A program made the translations under genes and the position numbers. This document shows, piece after piece, positions 60,628-64,000 of a stretch of 64,000 nucleotides of DNA. The notes under the pieces were generated by a model. The model worked only from the letters and a program-made list of their open reading frames with translations. It had not been told where the DNA came from and ran no database searches. How positions within the stretch are numbered: position 1 is the first letter of the stretch; every line of letters starts with the position of its first letter. Source of the stretch: an archaeon (GTDB taxonomy: Archaea; Nanobdellota; Nanobdellia; Pacearchaeales; GW2011-AR1); assembly GCA_030605415.1 (NCBI GenBank), contig JAUWIJ010000006.1, forward strand, positions 2,335 through 66,334. Reading direction: 5' to 3'.

Positions 60628-62487
60628 ATGAAGTTAGCGATTATTCACAAGGAGAAATGTAAGCCGACGATTTGCGGGCATGAGTGCAAGAAATATTGTC
60701 CCGTCGAGAAAAAGGAAGCGGATAGTTGTGTCACTATCGATGGCAAAGCGAAGATTGATGAGAACGCGTGTGTTGGGTGTGCAATTTGCGTGAAGCGGTG
60801 TCCGTTTGGTGCGATTGATATTGTTAATTTGCCGTCGGTGAGCGAGAAGGATATGGTGCATAGGTATGGAGCGAATGGATTTGCGTTGTATGGTTTGCCG
60901 ACGCCGAAAGATGGTTCGGTTCTTGGGTTGCTTGGAAGAAATGGAATTGGAAAGTCTACAGCTGTGAAAATTTTAGCTGGAACAGAGAAGATAAATTTAG
61001 GAAAAAAGTTTGCAAGCGATGAGGACATTAAAAAATTTTTTAAGGGTAATGAACTTTTGAGATATTTTGAGGGCTTGGATAAAAAAAAGGTTTCGTATAA
61101 GCCACAGAACTTGTCGCAGTTAGCGGTTGATGTGGGAGTTATGAAACTATTGTTACAGCGAGTTGTTTCTAATGCACCCAAGGGTGTACCTCCTGCCCAG
61201 ATGGCATCTGCTAACGCAGACAAGGTCGGCAAGATTAAACAATTGGCTGAAAGACTTGGCATCTCGTATGTTCTTGGAAATCGAATGGATAAATTATCGG
61301 GCGGCGAGTTACAAAAGGTTGCAATTTTAGCGGCGAGTTTAGGAGAGGCAAGTATTTATTTTTTTGATGAGCCTTTGGCATTTTTGGATATTGGAGAAAG
61401 ATTGAGGGTTTCGGATTTTATTAAGGAGATTGCAAAAGGTAAGTCTGTTATTGTTGTCGAGCACGATTTGTTGATTTTGGATTATTTGACGGATTATTTG
61501 AATGTTTTTTTTGGGGGGCAGGGGGCGTTCGGAATTGTATCGGGAGTTAAAAGTTCGGGGGTTGGAGTTAATGCTTATTTAAATGGGTTTTTGAAAGAGG
61601 AAAATATGCGGATTCGAGATAAAGTTTTGAGTTTTAATTTTACAAAAAATCCTGCTATGTCTGGAGCAAAGATTGCTGAGTGGCCTGCTTTTGATTTGAA
61701 ATTCGGGTTGGGTTTTGAATTAAAGGTTAATGCTGGCGAAATTCATGAGAACCATGTGATTGGAATTTTGGGAAAGAATGGAACTGGGAAGACTTCGTTT
61801 GTGCGGGCACTGGCGGGAGAAATTAAGGTTCGCAAGTTCGGAGTTACCCTCACAAATTCAAAACAAAAATTGGTTGGGGCAGACTCTCGGAGTTCGGAGT
61901 TTGAAGAGGGAGAAAAGGAAAGGCTGGATTTGGATTTGAGCATTTCATATAAACCTCAATATTTATTTAGCGAAAGCGAAGAGATTGTTAAGGACATTAT
62001 ATTTAGGGAAAAGATAAATAAAAAATTGTCGTCGGTGTTTAATCTTGGGGTTTTAGTTGGAAAGAAATTGAAGGAGTTATCGGGCGGCGAGTTGCAGAGA
62101 TTTAGTGTTGCGAGGTGCCTGGCGAAAGATGCGGATGTTTATTTAATTGATGAGCCGTCGGCGTATTTGGATGTTGAGGAAAGGATTTCGGTTGCGAAGG
62201 CGATTAAGGATATTATGGTTGAAAAAGGAAAGACGGCTTTTGTTGTAGACCACGATTTGTTGCTTGTTTCATATTTGGCGGATTCGATTATTAATTTCTC
62301 GGGAGAGAGTGGAGTTCGTGGGAAGGCATCGGAAATTAGTGGATTCGAGGAAGGGATTTCTGAATTATTGAAGAGTTTGGATGTTACTCTAAGGAAGGAT
62401 AAAGAAAGTGGCAGACCGAGGATTAATAAAAGAGGTTCGGTTTTGGACAGGGAGCAGAAAGCCAAGGGAAAGTGGGCTGTGTTTTAG
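60628..62487 (+). CDS. abce1: ABCE1 (RNase L inhibitor-type ribosome recycling ATPase) with an in-frame repeat insert
   Basis: N-terminal 2x[4Fe-4S] Cys motifs, two ABC domains (GRNGIGKST, GKNGTGKTS, 2x LSGGELQ), and extra codons between LAG and SYKPQ. Confidence 0.9.
   Translation: MKLAIIHKEKCKPTICGHECKKYCPVEKKEADSCVTIDGKAKIDENACVGCAICVKRCPFGAIDIVNLPSVSEKDMVHRYGANGFALYGLPTPKDGSVLGLLGRNGIGKSTAVKILAGTEKINLGKKFASDEDIKKFFKGNELLRYFEGLDKKKVSYKPQNLSQLAVDVGVMKLLLQRVVSNAPKGVPPAQMASANADKVGKIKQLAERLGISYVLGNRMDKLSGGELQKVAILAASLGEASIYFFDEPLAFLDIGERLRVSDFIKEIAKGKSVIVVEHDLLILDYLTDYLNVFFGGQGAFGIVSGVKSSGVGVNAYLNGFLKEENMRIRDKVLSFNFTKNPAMSGAKIAEWPAFDLKFGLGFELKVNAGEIHENHVIGILGKNGTGKTSFVRALAGEIKVRKFGVTLTNSKQKLVGADSRSSEFEEGEKERLDLDLSISYKPQYLFSESEEIVKDIIFREKINKKLSSVFNLGVLVGKKLKELSGGELQRFSVARCLAKDADVYLIDEPSAYLDVEERISVAKAIKDIMVEKGKTAFVVDHDLLLVSYLADSIINFSGESGVRGKASEISGFEEGISELLKSLDVTLRKDKESGRPRINKRGSVLDREQKAKGKWAVF
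61831..61908 (+). repeat. M-module-containing insert inside ABCE1 (copy R14)
   Basis: gttcggagtt, then accctcacaaattcaaaacaaaaattggttggggcag, then actctcgga, then gttcggagtt. Encodes VRKFGVTLTNSKQKLVGADSRSSEFE in frame. Confidence 0.75.
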
Positions 62488-62529
62488 TAAAAGCGTTTAT
62501 TTTATAAAGTTCTTTTTTATTATTTAATT

Positions 62530-63351
62530 ATGAAGAAAGAGTTGTTTGTAGTGTTGATGGTTGTGTTATTTGTTTTTGGTATTTCTTTTATCTCAAATTC
62601 AATGACGGGTAGTGTTATTGGTGATTCTGAAATAATGCAAGAAGAACATATCGGTCCGAGTGCGGAAGATATTGCGTGTTTAGAAAGTTGTATTGGTGTT
62701 GGGTGTGGGTCTGGCGATGAAGAATGTATGTTTGCAAATAGTGCAAAGTGTGAACAAGAATGTGGCGTGGAACCTGCGCCAGAATCTGCTGATGAAGGCG
62801 AAGCTTGTATGCAGGAGTGTGTTTCTCAGGGTTGTGATGAATATGATTTTGATTGTCAAAGTTCTAATATGGGTAGATGTGAAAAGGAGTGTGGGATGGT
62901 TGGAGAACCAGAAGCGCAGGGTGAAGAAGAACAATGTATTAGGGATTGTATTAATAAAATTGACCCAACCATTAGTTGCTCATCTGGGACTTTTGAAGGA
63001 GAAGGAGAAACAGGAAATGAAGTTTGTCAAAAATGCGCAAAATCTTGCGAGCATTTATATTCTGGTCCCTGTTTGAGCGATGAGGAATGGACTGAAAAAG
63101 AAAATGTGTGTTATGCTCAATGTGAGCATTGTTATGGTGAGCCAGTTGAGGGACCTTCTGGACAAGGATGGGATTGCACTATTGATATAAAATGTGTAGA
63201 TGCTTCAGCTGAATTTGGAGACGACGCTGGAAGCGGAGATGATAGTTTTGAAAAGGGGCATGAGGGTCCTGGAATTATAGTGTCGGTTGGAGAGGTGGTT
63301 GGTAATGTTTTTGAGGGAATAGGGAATTTTTTTAAGGGGTTATTTAGTTAA
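62530..63351 (+). CDS. Secreted acidic cysteine-rich protein
   Basis: Signal/TM start and repeated CxxEC / CEKECG-type motifs. Very acidic. Confidence 0.5.
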   Translation: MKKELFVVLMVVLFVFGISFISNSMTGSVIGDSEIMQEEHIGPSAEDIACLESCIGVGCGSGDEECMFANSAKCEQECGVEPAPESADEGEACMQECVSQGCDEYDFDCQSSNMGRCEKECGMVGEPEAQGEEEQCIRDCINKIDPTISCSSGTFEGEGETGNEVCQKCAKSCEHLYSGPCLSDEEWTEKENVCYAQCEHCYGEPVEGPSGQGWDCTIDIKCVDASAEFGDDAGSGDDSFEKGHEGPGIIVSVGEVVGNVFEGIGNFFKGLFS

Positions 63352-63402
63352 GACTTTTTAGGTCTAGTAAAGTTTAATAAATCTTGATTCGTATTATATT
63401 TT

Positions 63403-64000
63403 ATGAAAAATAAGATTGCTAAATTGATTGCAAAAGAAATCAAGTTAAGTGTGGTTGAAATTGAAAATTTAATTGAGATTCCACCTATGTTCGAGATGGG
63501 GGATTTCGCGTTTCCGTGTTTTGGTTTGGCTAAGTCGCTTAAGAAAAATCCCCTGATAATTGCCGAAGATTTGGTTAAAAAGATAAGAAAAAAACTGCCT
63601 AGGGAAATTTCAAATGTTGATTTTAAAGGAGCTTATATTAATTTTTTTATTGATAAAAAAATTTTGGCTGAAGATGTTTTGGCGAAAGTAAAGAAAAAGA
63701 ATTTTGGAGAGAATAATTTAGGGAAGGGGAAAAAGATTGTAATTGAGTTTTCTCAGCCGAATACGCACAAGGCGTTCCATGTTGGGCATATAAGGGGCAC
63801 ATCTTTGGGCGAGAGTTTGGCTAGGATTTTTGAGATTGAAGGAAATAAGGTTGTTCGGGTTAATTATAGTGGAGATACTGGAATGCATATTGCAAAATGG
63901 ATTTGGTGTTATAGGAAATATCATGCAAAAGAAAAATTAAAAGGAGATGAGACATGGATTGCAGGGATTTATGTAGACGCTGTAAAAAGGCTCGAAAATA
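63403..64000 (+). CDS. argS: Arginyl-tRNA synthetase, N-terminal part (3' end outside window)
   Basis: Not in the ORF track because it runs off the window. MKNKIAKLIAKEI...FSQPNTHKAFHVGHIRGT contains the class I HIGH motif in ArgRS context. Confidence 0.85.
   Translation, partial: MKNKIAKLIAKEIKLSVVEIENLIEIPPMFEMGDFAFPCFGLAKSLKKNPLIIAEDLVKKIRKKLPREISNVDFKGAYINFFIDKKILAEDVLAKVKKKNFGENNLGKGKKIVIEFSQPNTHKAFHVGHIRGTSLGESLARIFEIEGNKVVRVNYSGDTGMHIAKWIWCYRKYHAKEKLKGDETWIAGIYVDAVKRLEN

Overview
AT-rich archaeal window. The archaeal assignment rests on the rpoH-rpoB-rpoA operon followed by L30e-NusA-S12-S7-aEF2-aEF1alpha, RFC small and large subunits, archaeal DnaG, ABCE1, a class-III-signal pilin and likely leaderless promoters. 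The compact information-processing gene set plus decayed metabolic genes suggests a small-genome DPANN-like lineage; this is inference only, as no search was run. Recognisable content includes the nrdR-mazG-nrdD-nrdG operon, whose nrdD carries two LAGLIDADG inteins and a 208-nt insertion that puts the glycyl-radical motif in a separate overlapping 52-aa ORF. Also present are the AmmeMemoRadiSam trio, tmk, gdhA, SMC, RNase HII, a partial ArgRS, a RelE-type TA pair and a Fic protein. A pyrimidine-nucleotide island (kinase-deaminase fusion, second deaminase, long thymidylate-synthase-like protein, HAD, ParB/Srx-like protein) ends at tRNA-Lys, and there is a cell-surface island. Four tRNAs are called (Lys-UUU, Met-CAU, Leu-UAA, Thr-CGU). 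Most unusual are three repeat systems. (1) An interspersed, strand-biased family of composite G-rich low-complexity elements usually starts at stop codons. It occurs in frame inside two conserved genes (a TtuA-like ATPase and ABCE1) and truncates a dut gene. (2) Conserved cassettes are embedded in partial tRNA copies beside every tRNA gene. (3) Long hairpin elements sit on the stop codons of rfcL, tuf and dnaG. Other oddities are a hinge-less SMC with a central CxxC hook, a fused rpoA'/A'', extra small ORFs inside the RNAP and str operons, and glyA and dut remnants. No rRNA, CRISPR array, integrase or transposase was seen. All calls come from reading the translations and sequence by eye.
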